Assembly: GCA_965261735.1 (NCBI GenBank)
Contig: OZ253470.1
Coordinates: forward strand, 3,360,001-3,424,000
Direction of reading: 5' to 3'
DNA length: 64,000 bases
From: Alphaproteobacteria bacterium
GTDB lineage: Bacteria > Pseudomonadota > Alphaproteobacteria > SHVV01
The notes below the pieces were generated by a model. It did no database searches and had not been told where the DNA came from. It saw nothing but the letters and a program-made list of their open reading frames with translations. Shown here piece by piece: positions 19,034-29,317 of the stretch. The position numbers and the translations under genes are program-made. Every line of letters starts with the position of its first letter. Position 1 is the first letter of the stretch.

Positions 19034-20215
19034 TCAGGCCCGCGCGTCTTCCGGCATGATGTCAGCGCTTATGCTGCCAGCCACCTTGGCCGCCGAGGCC
19101 TTCTCGGTGTCCCGCGCCAGATGGGCGTAGCGGGCCGTCGTCCCCACCTTGGAATGGCCGAGCAGCTTTCCGATCATGGTCAGGCTCTCGCCCAGCGCCA
19201 GCGCACGGCTGGCATACGTATGACGGAGATCGTGAATGCGGACATCGTCCAGCCCGGCCCGCACCCGCAGGCGCTGCCAATGCTGGTCGATGCTCGACAA
19301 CCGGGTCCCCGGCTTCTTGCCCACAAACACCCAGGGGTTGCCCGGAACGCGGGGAATATCCGCGAGCACCTCCAACGCCGTGGGTGTCAGCGGCACCATG
19401 CGTGTGCCGGTCTTGGCATCACGGAGACGCAATTCCCCCGCCGTCCGGTCCACATCGTCCCAGCACAAGGTCAGAATCTCGCTTTTCCGGCAGCCGGTCA
19501 GCATCAGCAGGCGAATCGCCACCACCGCCGGCGCCCAGGCCGCGCCGTCTCCCTCCGCCGCGTCCAGCACCCGGCCAAGCAGATGGACTTCCACCGCCGT
19601 CAGGAAACGCTCGCGTTCCCGCTCCTTGTAATGGCGCACTGAATGGCACGGATTCCTCCCGGCCGGCACCAGGTCCCAGGCCTCGGCCAACCGGAACATC
19701 TTGGAGAGAATCTTGATCGCCACGTTCGCCGCGCGGGGCGTACCGCGGAGCCTGTAATGCAGGGCAGCGGCATGCTCGCGCCCCACCGCCCCGACCGGCA
19801 GCCCGCCCAGTTCCGGAAGGATGTGGTTGTCGAGCACCCCCCGATAGATCCCGGCAGTGGATGGCTTGCAATGCACCGCCACATGGGCGCGCATATAGCG
19901 CGCCGCCAAGCCGGCCACGGTCAGTTCGGCTTTCGGCGGTGCGGGAACCGGAGCCTCGCCACGCTTGATGCGATCGATAATGACAGCCGCCTCCTTTCGC
20001 GCCCGCTCCGCGGCGATATCTCCATGCCGCCCGATAGTTACGCGCTTCAGCCCTTTCAGTCCCCGGCTCTGGACCACATACACTTTTCGGCCCGTCGTAT
20101 AGACCCGAACACCGAACCCGGGAAGATCATGGTCCCAGAAGACGGCTTCCTTGTCCTCGACGGCGAGCGAGTCGACGGTGCGTTTGGTGATCCTCAAATC
20201 GCTTCGTCTGGCCAT
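19034..20215 (-). CDS. tyrosine recombinase/integrase, tandem paralog
   Basis: Start ATG 20215 after GGAGGG; WDHDLPGFGVR; TGCRKSEI, DAKTG, HDLRHTYAS, LLGHSKVGTTARY. Confidence 0.93.
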   Translation of the reverse strand: MARRSDLRITKRTVDSLAVEDKEAVFWDHDLPGFGVRVYTTGRKVYVVQSRGLKGLKRVTIGRHGDIAAERARKEAAVIIDRIKRGEAPVPAPPKAELTVAGLAARYMRAHVAVHCKPSTAGIYRGVLDNHILPELGGLPVGAVGREHAAALHYRLRGTPRAANVAIKILSKMFRLAEAWDLVPAGRNPCHSVRHYKERERERFLTAVEVHLLGRVLDAAEGDGAAWAPAVVAIRLLMLTGCRKSEILTLCWDDVDRTAGELRLRDAKTGTRMVPLTPTALEVLADIPRVPGNPWVFVGKKPGTRLSSIDQHWQRLRVRAGLDDVRIHDLRHTYASRALALGESLTMIGKLLGHSKVGTTARYAHLARDTEKASAAKVAGSISADIMPEDARA

Positions 20216-20646
20216 CAAGGGTGCCCTCCAACGAAACCGTTCGTTCAAGGTGTGATGGAGGGGAAAACGACACAGAGCGAAGACGGGCGCGGCCTGGCAG
20301 AGTGTGGAGTTGCCATCGTCTTCCTCATTATCGTCACACCTTGAACGAACGGTTTCCCTCCAACACATGTCTCGTAGCGGTTGACCGTCACGATGCGTAA
20401 TCATATCGCATTCGACCGGGATCAAACTGGGGCGCAATTATGCGCATATGTGTCAGGGATGCAAGAGGTGCATGGAGCTGAATTTCGACAGAATATAGCA
20501 GAAAACCTACATTTATCGCATCCCAGCGCTGCCATGCACATCTATGGCGAAGTGATAGATTTTCAATTTTTGTTCCAGTTCGGTTTTGTTTCCCTCCAAA
20601 CCCGCAGACCGCCGAACGATGTGCGGCGTTACGATGTGCGGCGGAA

Positions 20647-21972
20647 CTATGCAAGCTTCAGCTCCAAGGCTGGAAACTGGGAGAAGGCCCCGGCGGTGGT
20701 GGCCAAGGTTGAGTGGCATCTGGGCATGCCGTATCCGCGGGCCCGCTTCATTTGTGGACCAACGTGTCACGCACGACCGAGCGCGTCGCCGCCATCTACA
20801 ATCATTGCGGCACCGCCGAACAACACATCAAGGACGGCAAGAACGCCATCAACTAGACCGCGGCGGGACTGCTACGGTTTCCGCGCCAACGAGGCGCATC
20901 TTCAGCTGGACGTCCTGGCCTACAACGCGGTCGGTTCCTAAGAGCCGATCCAAGAACTTGCGATTCATCGACAAGGGGTTGGCGGTGTCAAACGCCTGAG
21001 CATGATGCGGATCATGGCGAGACGGACGAAGGCGACAACGGTTCTGGCATAACGCTCGAAGTCGCGGGCGAGGCGCCGGTTGCGGCTGATCCAGGCGAAC
21101 GTTCGCTCCACGATCCAGCGTTTCGGCAGGGCCACGAAGCGGTGCGCGTCGGTGCGCTTAACGATTTCCAGCTTCCAGCAGCCGGTCGTGGCGACGGTCG
21201 CCGCCATCCTCGGCCCCTGGTAGCCGCCGTCGGCGAAGATGGTCTCGATGAAGGGGACCGAACGGCGCGCGGTTCGAAGCAGCTCGCGGGCGCCGTCGCG
21301 ATCCTGCACGTCGGCGGGATGGACGATGACGCTCAACAACAGGCCGAGTGTATCGACGAGGATGTGGCGCTTGCGCCCCGTGACCTTCTTGCCCGCATCG
21401 AAGCCCTGCGGGTCGAGCGAAGCCCCCCTTTTTGCGCTCCCTTGGCGCTCTGGCTGTCGATCACCGCCGCCGATGGGCTCGCCTCGCGCCCTTCCCGGTC
21501 GCGTACCGCCACATAGAGCGCGTGGTGGATGCGCTCGAGCGTGCCGTCCCAGTCCCACAGCATGAAGTAGTGATGTGCCGTCGACTTCGGCGGCAGGTCC
21601 TTGGGCAGCGCCGACCACTGGCAGCCCGTCCAAAGAACATAGAAGATCCCGTTGAGCACCTCGCGGACGTTCACGTCGCGCGGCCGACCGCCGCGCCGCG
21701 CCGGCGGGATCATTGGCTAGATCAGCGCCCACTCCGCATCCGTCAGATCGCTCGGGTAACGCAAGCCGCGGCGGGCGGCGGCTTGCCGGTGTTCAGGCGT
21801 CCACATCGGGCACCCCTCCAGAATGTTTCGGGTGCCCGACAATGAATCACAAACGATTCATCCGATTCAACAACTTTCTGGATCGGCTCTAAGGGCGCTG
21901 GCCCTGCCCGATGAGGTCGAGCACCGCTCGACGACTACGCTGCGCGAGAGGCTGATCAAAGATCGGCGCCGA
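20647..21972 (+). pseudogene. decayed IS1380 transposase fragment split by IS5
   Basis: VVAKVEWH…AEQHIKDGKNAI…FRANEAHLQLDVLAYN before the IS5, RALALPDEVEHRSTTTLRERLIK after it. Confidence 0.75.
20942..21889 (-). mobile_element. IS5-family element (two-ORF frameshift type) with a premature stop
   Basis: IRs GAGCCGATCCAAGAA / TTCTGGATCGGCTC, TAA duplication; RYPSDLTDAEW, IDSQSAK, A5G6 slippery site, RWIVERTFAW; in-frame TAG at 21717-21719. Confidence 0.9.
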
Positions 21973-22118
21973 GGGGCCCTTCCCACACCGCCAAACCGGG
22001 GCAAACGGTCGCGCTTTCGACCGATGCTCGATTGTGCTAGACTCGTGGACGGTTGAGAGGAATCATCCAGAAAATCACGGGTTGGGTAATCGTCCACAGC
22101 GAGGGTCGACCAGGGTGA

Positions 22119-22628
22119 GTGGGACAGGGAGGGAAGCGACGGCACGCGAAACGGTCGGAAATTTTCAGGACGAACGATCCCTCGAGGCTGCGATCGACAA
22201 ACTACAGAGGGCTGGCTTTGACAGGTACGACATCAGTGTCGTTGCCGGGCGCCGCTCTTTCGAGCTCAAGTTCGGCGCAATGTATTCCAACGTGGCAGAA
22301 TTGGAGGATGACCCGGAAACACCGACCCCTGGGCGCCATTGGCGCCGCCTACGAGGTAATTTCGTGGGGCGGTACGTCAACAGCCGCTTATTTGGCGGCC
22401 GGGCTTGGCGGCTGCGCCGGCGGAATCATCGGCGGCTGGGTATCAAAACTAATCGACCGACATCACGCCGAATATGTCGGCCAACAATTGGCTCGTGGTG
22501 GACTCCTTTTGTGGGTTCGTACGACTGACCTCGCTCGCGAAGCTAAGGTGCGTCATATCATGACTTGCCAGGCGGCACGTAGCGTTCATATTCGTGATGG
22601 CGTAACCGGAATATATACCTCTGAATGA
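22119..22628 (+). pseudogene. frameshifted general-stress-protein-like membrane protein
   Basis: One frame reads SLEAAIDKLQRAGFDRYDISVVA, another the glycine-zipper AGGIIGG and QLARGGLLLWVR; no continuous frame. Confidence 0.55.
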
Positions 22629-22682
22629 AGATCGAGGCTTCGAAGACATGTATTTAGTTCTTGCAGTAAGGATGGGTAAGGA

Positions 22683-23573
22683 ATGCATGTAGCAATCCTG
22701 CTGACCTTAGTGGCTGTTGGCACTGTTCTATTCCACTTCCTTAGTCCGTGGTGGTGGACGCCCATAGCTTCCAACTGGGGCTACATCGATGACACGATAC
22801 TCATAACGTTCTGGGTCACCGGCGTTGTCTTCGTTGGCATCGTTTTGTTCATGGCCTACTGCGTGCTCCGATTCCGTCACAAGGAGGGACGGCAGGCCGC
22901 GTACGAGCCGGAAAACAAGAAGCTGGAGTGGTGGCTTACTATTTTGACCGCGGTGGGGGTCGCGTTAATGTTGGCTCCAGGCTTGTTTGTGTGGAATCAA
23001 TTCATCACCGTCCCTGAAGAGGCGATGGAGGTTGAGGTCGTGGGCCAGCAGTGGCAGTGGTCCTTCCGCTTCCCCGGCAAGGACGGCGTGCTGGGCACCT
23101 CCGACGCCAGGAACATCAACGACGATAACTCGTTTGGTGTCCAGCCGGACGACTCCTACGGGCAGGACGACGTCCTTATAGACGACAGCGAGTTACACCT
23201 GCCGCTCGATCGGCCGATCAAGGTGTTGCTCCGCTCGATAGACGTCCTCCATGACTTCTACGTGCCCGAGTTCCGGGCCAAGATGGATATGGTGCCAGGT
23301 GCCGTCACCTTCTTCTGGTTCATCCCCACCAGAACCGGGACGTTCGATATTCTCTGCTTTGAATTGTGCGGCGTAGGACACCATACCATGCGTGGCATCG
23401 TGGTGGTCGAGGAGGAGAGCGCCTTCGAGGCGTGGTTGCAGGAAAACCCGACTTTCGCGCAGTCGTTGGCAAAGACTAAGACGGGCCCGGAGAAGGCACT
23501 CAGCGTCGTCTCGACGGGATCGGAATTGGATTTCCGTTCGAGAGAAGCCGCACGACGAGACCCAATTCAGTAG
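22683..23573 (+). CDS. coxM: alternative cytochrome c oxidase subunit II
   Basis: Two TM helices; QWQW; CuA ligands DVLH…CFELCGVGHHTM. Confidence 0.92.
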   Translation: MHVAILLTLVAVGTVLFHFLSPWWWTPIASNWGYIDDTILITFWVTGVVFVGIVLFMAYCVLRFRHKEGRQAAYEPENKKLEWWLTILTAVGVALMLAPGLFVWNQFITVPEEAMEVEVVGQQWQWSFRFPGKDGVLGTSDARNINDDNSFGVQPDDSYGQDDVLIDDSELHLPLDRPIKVLLRSIDVLHDFYVPEFRAKMDMVPGAVTFFWFIPTRTGTFDILCFELCGVGHHTMRGIVVVEEESAFEAWLQENPTFAQSLAKTKTGPEKALSVVSTGSELDFRSREAARRDPIQ

Positions 23574-23606
23574 AGCCAGACGAGAAATGGCTAAGAGGGC
23601 AAGATA

Positions 23607-25415
23607 ATGGCCACTGTCGCACCCACCGATGTCGAATTTGTCCCGCCGGCCGAGGTCGCGGACGTCGAGCTTTATCATCCGAAAAGTTGGGTGACGAAGT
23701 ACGTCTTTTCTCAAGACGCCAAAGTCATCGCTATCCAGTACGCGTTGACGGCCGGCGCAATCGGGTTGGTGGCTCTAGTGCTGTCGTGGCTGATGAGACT
23801 GCAATTGGGATTTCCGGACACCTTCTCGTTCATTGAACCGGGCGATTACTACCAGTTCATCACGATGCACGGCATGATCATGGTGATCTACCTGCTCACC
23901 GCACTGTTCCTGGGCGGCTTTGGCAACTACCTCATCCCGCTGATGGTCGGCGCCCGTGACATGGTATTTCCGTACGTGAACATGCTGAGCTATTGGGTCT
24001 ATCTGCTCGCGGTGCTCGTGCTGGTGTCGAGCTTCTTCGTGCCAGGCGGCCCGACGGGCGCGGGCTGGACCCTATACCCGCCCCAGGCCATTCTCTCCGG
24101 CACCCCGGGGTCCGATGCGGGGATCATATTGATGCTCGCCTCGCTCGCCTTGTTCATCGTCGGCTTCACCATGGGTGGACTGAACTATGTGGTGACGGTG
24201 CTGCAGGCACGCACGCGGGGCATGACGCTGATGCGGCTGCCGTTGTCGGTATGGGGCATATTCGTGGCCACCATCCTGGCCCTGTTGGCCTTTCCGGCTT
24301 TGTTTGTCGGCGCTGTGATGATGACGTTCGATAAGCTACTGGGGACCAGCTTCTTCATGCCCGCGATCGTCGAGTTTGGGGAGCAGCTCAAATACGGGGG
24401 CGGCAGCCCGCTGCTGTTCCAGCATTTGTTCTGGTTTTTCGGCCATCCCGAGGTGTACATCGTCGCCCTGCCCGGCTTTGGCATCGTCTCCGACCTGCTC
24501 AGTGTCCATGCGAGACGGAACATCTTCGGTTATCGGATGATGGTCTGGGCGATCGTGGCGATCGGCGCGCTCAGCTTCGTGGTGTGGGCGCATCACATGT
24601 ACGTCAGCGGCATGAACCCGTGGTTCGGGTTCTTTTTCGCCACCACGACGCTCATCATTGCCGTGCCCACCGCAATAAAGGTCTACAACTGGACGCTAAC
24701 TCTGTGGCGCGGAGACATCCATCTCACGCTCCCGATGTTGTTTGCCATGGCGTTCATCATAACTTTTGTGAACGGTGGCATTACCGGCCTGTTCCTCGGC
24801 AATGTGATCGTCGACGTTCCGCTTTCGGACACCATGTTCGTGGTCGCCCATTTTCATATGGTAATGGGTGTAGCGCCGATCCTCGTGATCTTCGGTGCGA
24901 TATACCATTGGTACCCTTTGGTGTCCGGCCGAATGCTGAACGAACGGCTGGGCCAACTGCACTTCTGGGTCACCTTCCTCGGCGCCTATGCGATTTTCCT
25001 TCCCATTCATTACCTCGGCTTCCTGGGTGTGCCGCGCCGGTATTTCGAAATGGGGGAGACCAGCTTCATCCCGCCATCGGCTCAAACGCTGAGCGCCTTG
25101 ATTACGGTCGTTGCGTTGATCGTGGGCGCGGCTCAACTGGTATTTTTGTTCAACTTGGTGTGGAGCGCCTACAAGGGCAAAAAAGCCGAACGCAACCCCT
25201 GGGGGGCCACTACGCTGGAGTGGCAAACACCCGAATATCCGCCGGGTCACGGTAATTGGGGCGAGACCCAACCGGTGGTGTATCGCTGGGCCTATGCCTA
25301 CAGCGTGCCAGGTGCTGACCAAGACTTCATCCCGCAGAACCTTCCCCCGGACCAGGTTTCCACCGACGGTGGTCTCAGCAGCGATTCCGACGTCGCCGTT
25401 CAACCGGCGGAGTAA
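23607..25415 (+). CDS. coxN: alternative cytochrome c oxidase subunit I (A-type heme-copper oxidase)
   Basis: ITMHG, GWTLYPP, WFFGHPEVY, WAHHM, AHFH. Confidence 0.95.
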   Translation: MATVAPTDVEFVPPAEVADVELYHPKSWVTKYVFSQDAKVIAIQYALTAGAIGLVALVLSWLMRLQLGFPDTFSFIEPGDYYQFITMHGMIMVIYLLTALFLGGFGNYLIPLMVGARDMVFPYVNMLSYWVYLLAVLVLVSSFFVPGGPTGAGWTLYPPQAILSGTPGSDAGIILMLASLALFIVGFTMGGLNYVVTVLQARTRGMTLMRLPLSVWGIFVATILALLAFPALFVGAVMMTFDKLLGTSFFMPAIVEFGEQLKYGGGSPLLFQHLFWFFGHPEVYIVALPGFGIVSDLLSVHARRNIFGYRMMVWAIVAIGALSFVVWAHHMYVSGMNPWFGFFFATTTLIIAVPTAIKVYNWTLTLWRGDIHLTLPMLFAMAFIITFVNGGITGLFLGNVIVDVPLSDTMFVVAHFHMVMGVAPILVIFGAIYHWYPLVSGRMLNERLGQLHFWVTFLGAYAIFLPIHYLGFLGVPRRYFEMGETSFIPPSAQTLSALITVVALIVGAAQLVFLFNLVWSAYKGKKAERNPWGATTLEWQTPEYPPGHGNWGETQPVVYRWAYAYSVPGADQDFIPQNLPPDQVSTDGGLSSDSDVAVQPAE

Positions 25416-25512
25416 AGGCGTTTGATGACGCGGACGATGCCGCCGGCGGCTGCGGAGTGGCCGGACCTGGTTCGCACGAAGCTTGCACACCGGTCACTCA
25501 GGTAGCTCAGAC

Positions 25513-26130
25513 GTGAGACTCTTCCATGTCCTGATGGAAAAGCCCTGGATGACGGCACAGGGCACCGTCATCGACCTTCGCGATAGGCGCGCCTTTGCTC
25601 TGCCCACGGCGAAGCTCGGTCTGATGGTTTTTCTTGCCGTGGTCACAATCCTGTTCTCGCTCTTGGTCGCTGCCTACGCCTATCGCATGGCGTTGGCGGA
25701 CTGGCGCAGCTTGCCTGAACCATGGCTGCTGTGGCTGAACACGGCGATCCTGATCACGAGTAGCGTCTCGTTGCAGTGGGCGCGGATAGGCGCCCGTCGG
25801 GGACGCATAGACCGCGTTAGAACCGGCCTGTTGCAGGCCGGCGTTCTCACCTTCGCCTTCCTGGCCGGACAGCTCCTGATGTGGCAGCAACTGGCGGCCA
25901 TGGGCTTCTATTCGCTCGAAAACCCCGCCCTCGCCTTTCTCTACCTGCTCACCGGGCTACACGGCGTGCACCTGTTGGGCGGCCTAGTGGCTTGGGGCCG
26001 GACCATCGCCAAGGCGTGGCCCGCGCCGGCCGTCGAACACGTGCGCATGAGCGTCGAGTTGTGCGCAATGTATTGGCACTACCTGTTGCTGATTTGGTTG
26101 GTTCTGTTCGGTCTGCTGGTACTTAGCTAG
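25513..26130 (+). CDS. coxO: cytochrome c oxidase subunit III-like
   Basis: LWLNTAILITSS, LTGLHGVHL, MYWHYL; start GTG 25513 inferred. Confidence 0.88.
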   Translation: MRLFHVLMEKPWMTAQGTVIDLRDRRAFALPTAKLGLMVFLAVVTILFSLLVAAYAYRMALADWRSLPEPWLLWLNTAILITSSVSLQWARIGARRGRIDRVRTGLLQAGVLTFAFLAGQLLMWQQLAAMGFYSLENPALAFLYLLTGLHGVHLLGGLVAWGRTIAKAWPAPAVEHVRMSVELCAMYWHYLLLIWLVLFGLLVLS

Positions 26131-26145
26131 AGGGTTTCAGAGCAA

Positions 26146-26871
26146 ATGGCACACGACGTGTTGACGGATACCGCGGGTTCTTTCGCGCGGCCGGATGGTT
26201 TGCAAGGCATCGTTTCCGACTGGTCTTCGGACCAGCGGGCGTTCAAGAACGTCCCCTGGGGCAAGGCCATGATTTGGATCTTCCTGCTCAGCGATACGTT
26301 CATATTCAGTTGTTTTCTGCTCTCCTACATGACCGTGCGCATATCGACGACCGTGCCCTGGCCCGACCCCAGCGAAGTCTTCGCCTTGCAAATCGGGGGC
26401 GCGGACGTCCCCCTCATCCTCATCGCCATCATGACGTTCATCTTGATCAGCAGCAGCGGAACCATGGCGATGGCGGTGAATTTCGGTTATCGGCGCGATC
26501 GCGTGAAGACCGCCGTGCTGATGCTGGTCACGGCGGCGTTCGGCGCCAGCTTCGTGGGCATGCAGGCTTTCGAGTGGACCAAGCTGATCGTCGAGGAAGG
26601 GGTCCGTCCCTGGGGCAACCCGATGGGCGCGGCCCAGTTCGGCTCGAGCTTTTTCATGATCACCGGGTTCCATGGCCTGCACGTGTCGGTCGGCGTGCTG
26701 TTCCTGATCCTCATTGCCCTCAAGGTCTACCGCGGCGACTTCGACCGTCAAACGCGGGGCTTTTTCACGAGTCGCAAGGGTTCGTACGAGATCGTCGAAA
26801 CCATGGGCTTGTATTGGCATTTCGTCGATCTCGTGTGGGTCTTCATCTTCGCATTGTTCTACCTTTGGTGA
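26146..26871 (+). CDS. coxP: heme-copper oxidase subunit III
   Basis: WIFLLSDTFIF, ITGFHGLHV, GLYWHFVDLVW. Confidence 0.92.
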   Translation: MAHDVLTDTAGSFARPDGLQGIVSDWSSDQRAFKNVPWGKAMIWIFLLSDTFIFSCFLLSYMTVRISTTVPWPDPSEVFALQIGGADVPLILIAIMTFILISSSGTMAMAVNFGYRRDRVKTAVLMLVTAAFGASFVGMQAFEWTKLIVEEGVRPWGNPMGAAQFGSSFFMITGFHGLHVSVGVLFLILIALKVYRGDFDRQTRGFFTSRKGSYEIVETMGLYWHFVDLVWVFIFALFYLW

Positions 26872-26880
26872 GGAAGCCTC

Positions 26881-27252
26881 ATGGCACAATCTGAGGTACA
26901 CGCGCAGGCACAGCCCGGGGCGCAAACCGACGCGCACACGGAAGGCCAGCAGCATCCGATCGGCATTTATCTCAAGATCTGGGGATGGCTTTTTGTTCTC
27001 AGCGCAGGGTCTTATTTCGTAGACTATTTTGGAGTCGAGAGTTACCTCAGATGGTCTTTAATCCTCTTGTTCATGATGTTGAAGGCAGGTCTAATCCTTG
27101 CCGTCTTCATGCACATGCTGTGGGAGAGGCTCGCCCTGATGTACGCCATATTGGTCCCGCCGGTGCTATTGCTGGTGTTTGTGTTCCTCATGACCCACGA
27201 AGCCGGCTACACGTTCCTGACGCGAGGAATCTTCTTTGCCGTCGGATCCTAG
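26881..27252 (+). CDS. coxQ: cytochrome c oxidase subunit IV family protein
   Basis: QQHPIGIYLKIWGWLFVLS…KAGLILAVFMHM; three TM helices; operon position. Confidence 0.85.
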   Translation: MAQSEVHAQAQPGAQTDAHTEGQQHPIGIYLKIWGWLFVLSAGSYFVDYFGVESYLRWSLILLFMMLKAGLILAVFMHMLWERLALMYAILVPPVLLLVFVFLMTHEAGYTFLTRGIFFAVGS

Positions 27253-27561
27253 TGCGCTGAGGCCAAGCGGCCCCAGGTCTGATTTTTTGATGGAAGGTGC
27301 GGCGTGTTCACGTCCAAATCGTGCCCGACGTGTGAATGGCAAGGTCCCCGACCGATCCCATCGGACGCCGATATCGGTTCGCGGCAACTCGGCGTGAACT
27401 TGTTCGCGTGCCTAACGCCGGCTCGTTGATTCGGCGTCTCTCCGGCCGCCTGCGATATCGCAAAGGCGGGCGTCGCGTTGTCACCAGCGCCGTGCTCTCA
27501 TCCGTCGACCTTGGTCCTGCGCCCACTGATCCGTTCGCAGGCGCAGGAGCCCGGCTGGGCG

Positions 27562-28383
27562 CTACGGTTCGACGACCGGATCCCACTTCACGGCCCTGCG
27601 ATACACGTGCCAAGTCGCGTGCCCGAGTACCGGCAGCGCGACGGCGAGTCCGACGAATAGGGGCAACGAGCCTATCAACAGGACGGCAGCAACGATGACG
27701 CCCCAAATAGCCATGGTTATGGGGTTTGCCAGAACCGAGCTAATCGACGTTCGCATGGCTGTCGTTAAAGCGACGTCCCGATCCAAAAGCAGCGGAAAGG
27801 ACACCACGCTGAGGCTGAACACTACGGCAGTAAACACGAAGCCAACACCGCTGCCCACGACTATCAGGGCCCATCCCTCGCGGGTGGTGAGAACTTGGCG
27901 GGCGAACTCCTCGATCGATGCCGGTACCTCGCTGCCAATGAATAATACGTAGATGGTTTGCGCAGCGAATAGCCACCCAATATAGATAGCCATCAGCAAG
28001 AGGCCGAGAATCGCGATGGCAACGATCGATGGGGATCTAAGAACCTCGAAGGCATGCATCCGGGAGATATCGAGATCCTGTTCGCGGCGTCGGCTCAGTT
28101 CGTACATGCCGATCGCAACCAAGGGACCGATCAGTGTGTATCCGGCGAGGAGCGGAAAGACGAGGGGCAACACGTCGTACCCAGCCATGTTCCTCGCAAA
28201 AATGAATGTAAGAACAGGATAGATTACGACAAGGAAAATCAGGTGCGTGGGCATCGCGCTGAAGTCGGCGAAGCCCTTGGCCAAAGCATATCTCAGGTCT
28301 GACGTACCAATTTTGCAGACTATCGGTTGTGCGGACTTGCTCGCGCCCGCATCGACGATCGCATCTTCATTCGCCATGGTCAT
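27562..28383 (-). CDS. DUF2189-like integral membrane protein (oxidase-associated)
   Basis: GYTLIGPLVAIGMYELSRRRE, SFPLLLDRDV, PVLGHATWHVYRR. Confidence 0.88.
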   Translation of the reverse strand: MTMANEDAIVDAGASKSAQPIVCKIGTSDLRYALAKGFADFSAMPTHLIFLVVIYPVLTFIFARNMAGYDVLPLVFPLLAGYTLIGPLVAIGMYELSRRREQDLDISRMHAFEVLRSPSIVAIAILGLLLMAIYIGWLFAAQTIYVLFIGSEVPASIEEFARQVLTTREGWALIVVGSGVGFVFTAVVFSLSVVSFPLLLDRDVALTTAMRTSISSVLANPITMAIWGVIVAAVLLIGSLPLFVGLAVALPVLGHATWHVYRRAVKWDPVVEP

Positions 28384-28739
28384 ACCCTCTGACCGCCGTT
28401 CCAGTTGATCGCGGCCACGCAGCTAACACAGTGCGCTCGTCACAGCACTCCGATCAAGTCAAGCCGCGACCAACATTGTTCGTGGCCCCGCACCCTCATG
28501 TGACTGGATCGGTCACCGTCTCGGCGTTTGGCCAAGGCGGGCCCATGTCATCGGCTGCCGCCCGCAACGCCAATTCAACAAACCGTACGACGTTCATGGA
28601 CCCAGTTCCTCGACCGTAAACAGGAGCACCTTGCCGCCTGCTCGCGAGTTCACGCGGCAGCGAACGGGTCAGCCAATACCTACATAAAAATACGCGATTA
28701 TCAACTTGACACGTCACGGCGGGCGAGTACGCTTCGGGC

Positions 28740-29255
28740 ATGGACCAGAGCAAGATTCTCCTGGGCAAGGCCCTGTACGTGGTGCGGCTTCTGGGCTGGT
28801 TGTTGTTCTTCGGAGGTCTCGTATGGAGCGTCGTCTCATGGATTTGGGGCGGAGGCTTGAAGGAGTTGAGCACACCGGAATATGCCGCCTTCACTGCCAT
28901 GTTCAGTGTGGCGTTCATTTATATGAGCTGGCATCTGCACCAGCCTTTCCGCCCATCCAATCGCTTGGGAGGTATGACCGATGAATTCACCAGCGTGCGG
29001 GTCAGTCTTGAATGGTATGTGAACCCCGGCCGAATTGGGCAGGTAGAAATAGAAGGGCGTAATGAGGAAAACGTTCGCAAACTAGCGAGAGCTTTAGACG
29101 GATTACGTATTCCCCATCCACCTGTGACAGGGAAGGGGATCACTGCGGGCTGGCACAGATTTCTCGTCCGCCTTGGTGCTGAAGCGAGAGTTCGGAACAT
29201 ACGCGGCGCTCGGCGCCTATGGGGAAAGATGCAATCGGAGGCGGGCGGTGAATAA
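28740..29255 (+). CDS. passenger hypothetical membrane protein
   Basis: 171 aa, two N-terminal TM segments plus a soluble C-terminal part, inside the IS1595 TIRs. Confidence 0.6.
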   Translation: MDQSKILLGKALYVVRLLGWLLFFGGLVWSVVSWIWGGGLKELSTPEYAAFTAMFSVAFIYMSWHLHQPFRPSNRLGGMTDEFTSVRVSLEWYVNPGRIGQVEIEGRNEENVRKLARALDGLRIPHPPVTGKGITAGWHRFLVRLGAEARVRNIRGARRLWGKMQSEAGGE

Positions 29256-29317
29256 AGACAATGCCTATCCGCCCGAGATCGCATGGCAACGCTTCGATGC
29301 GCTCTTGGACCGGATGC

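Noticed and set aside
28440-28470. FNR/FixK box upstream of the DUF2189-like gene
   Set aside because: Only half-sites; no TTGAT-N4-ATCAA.
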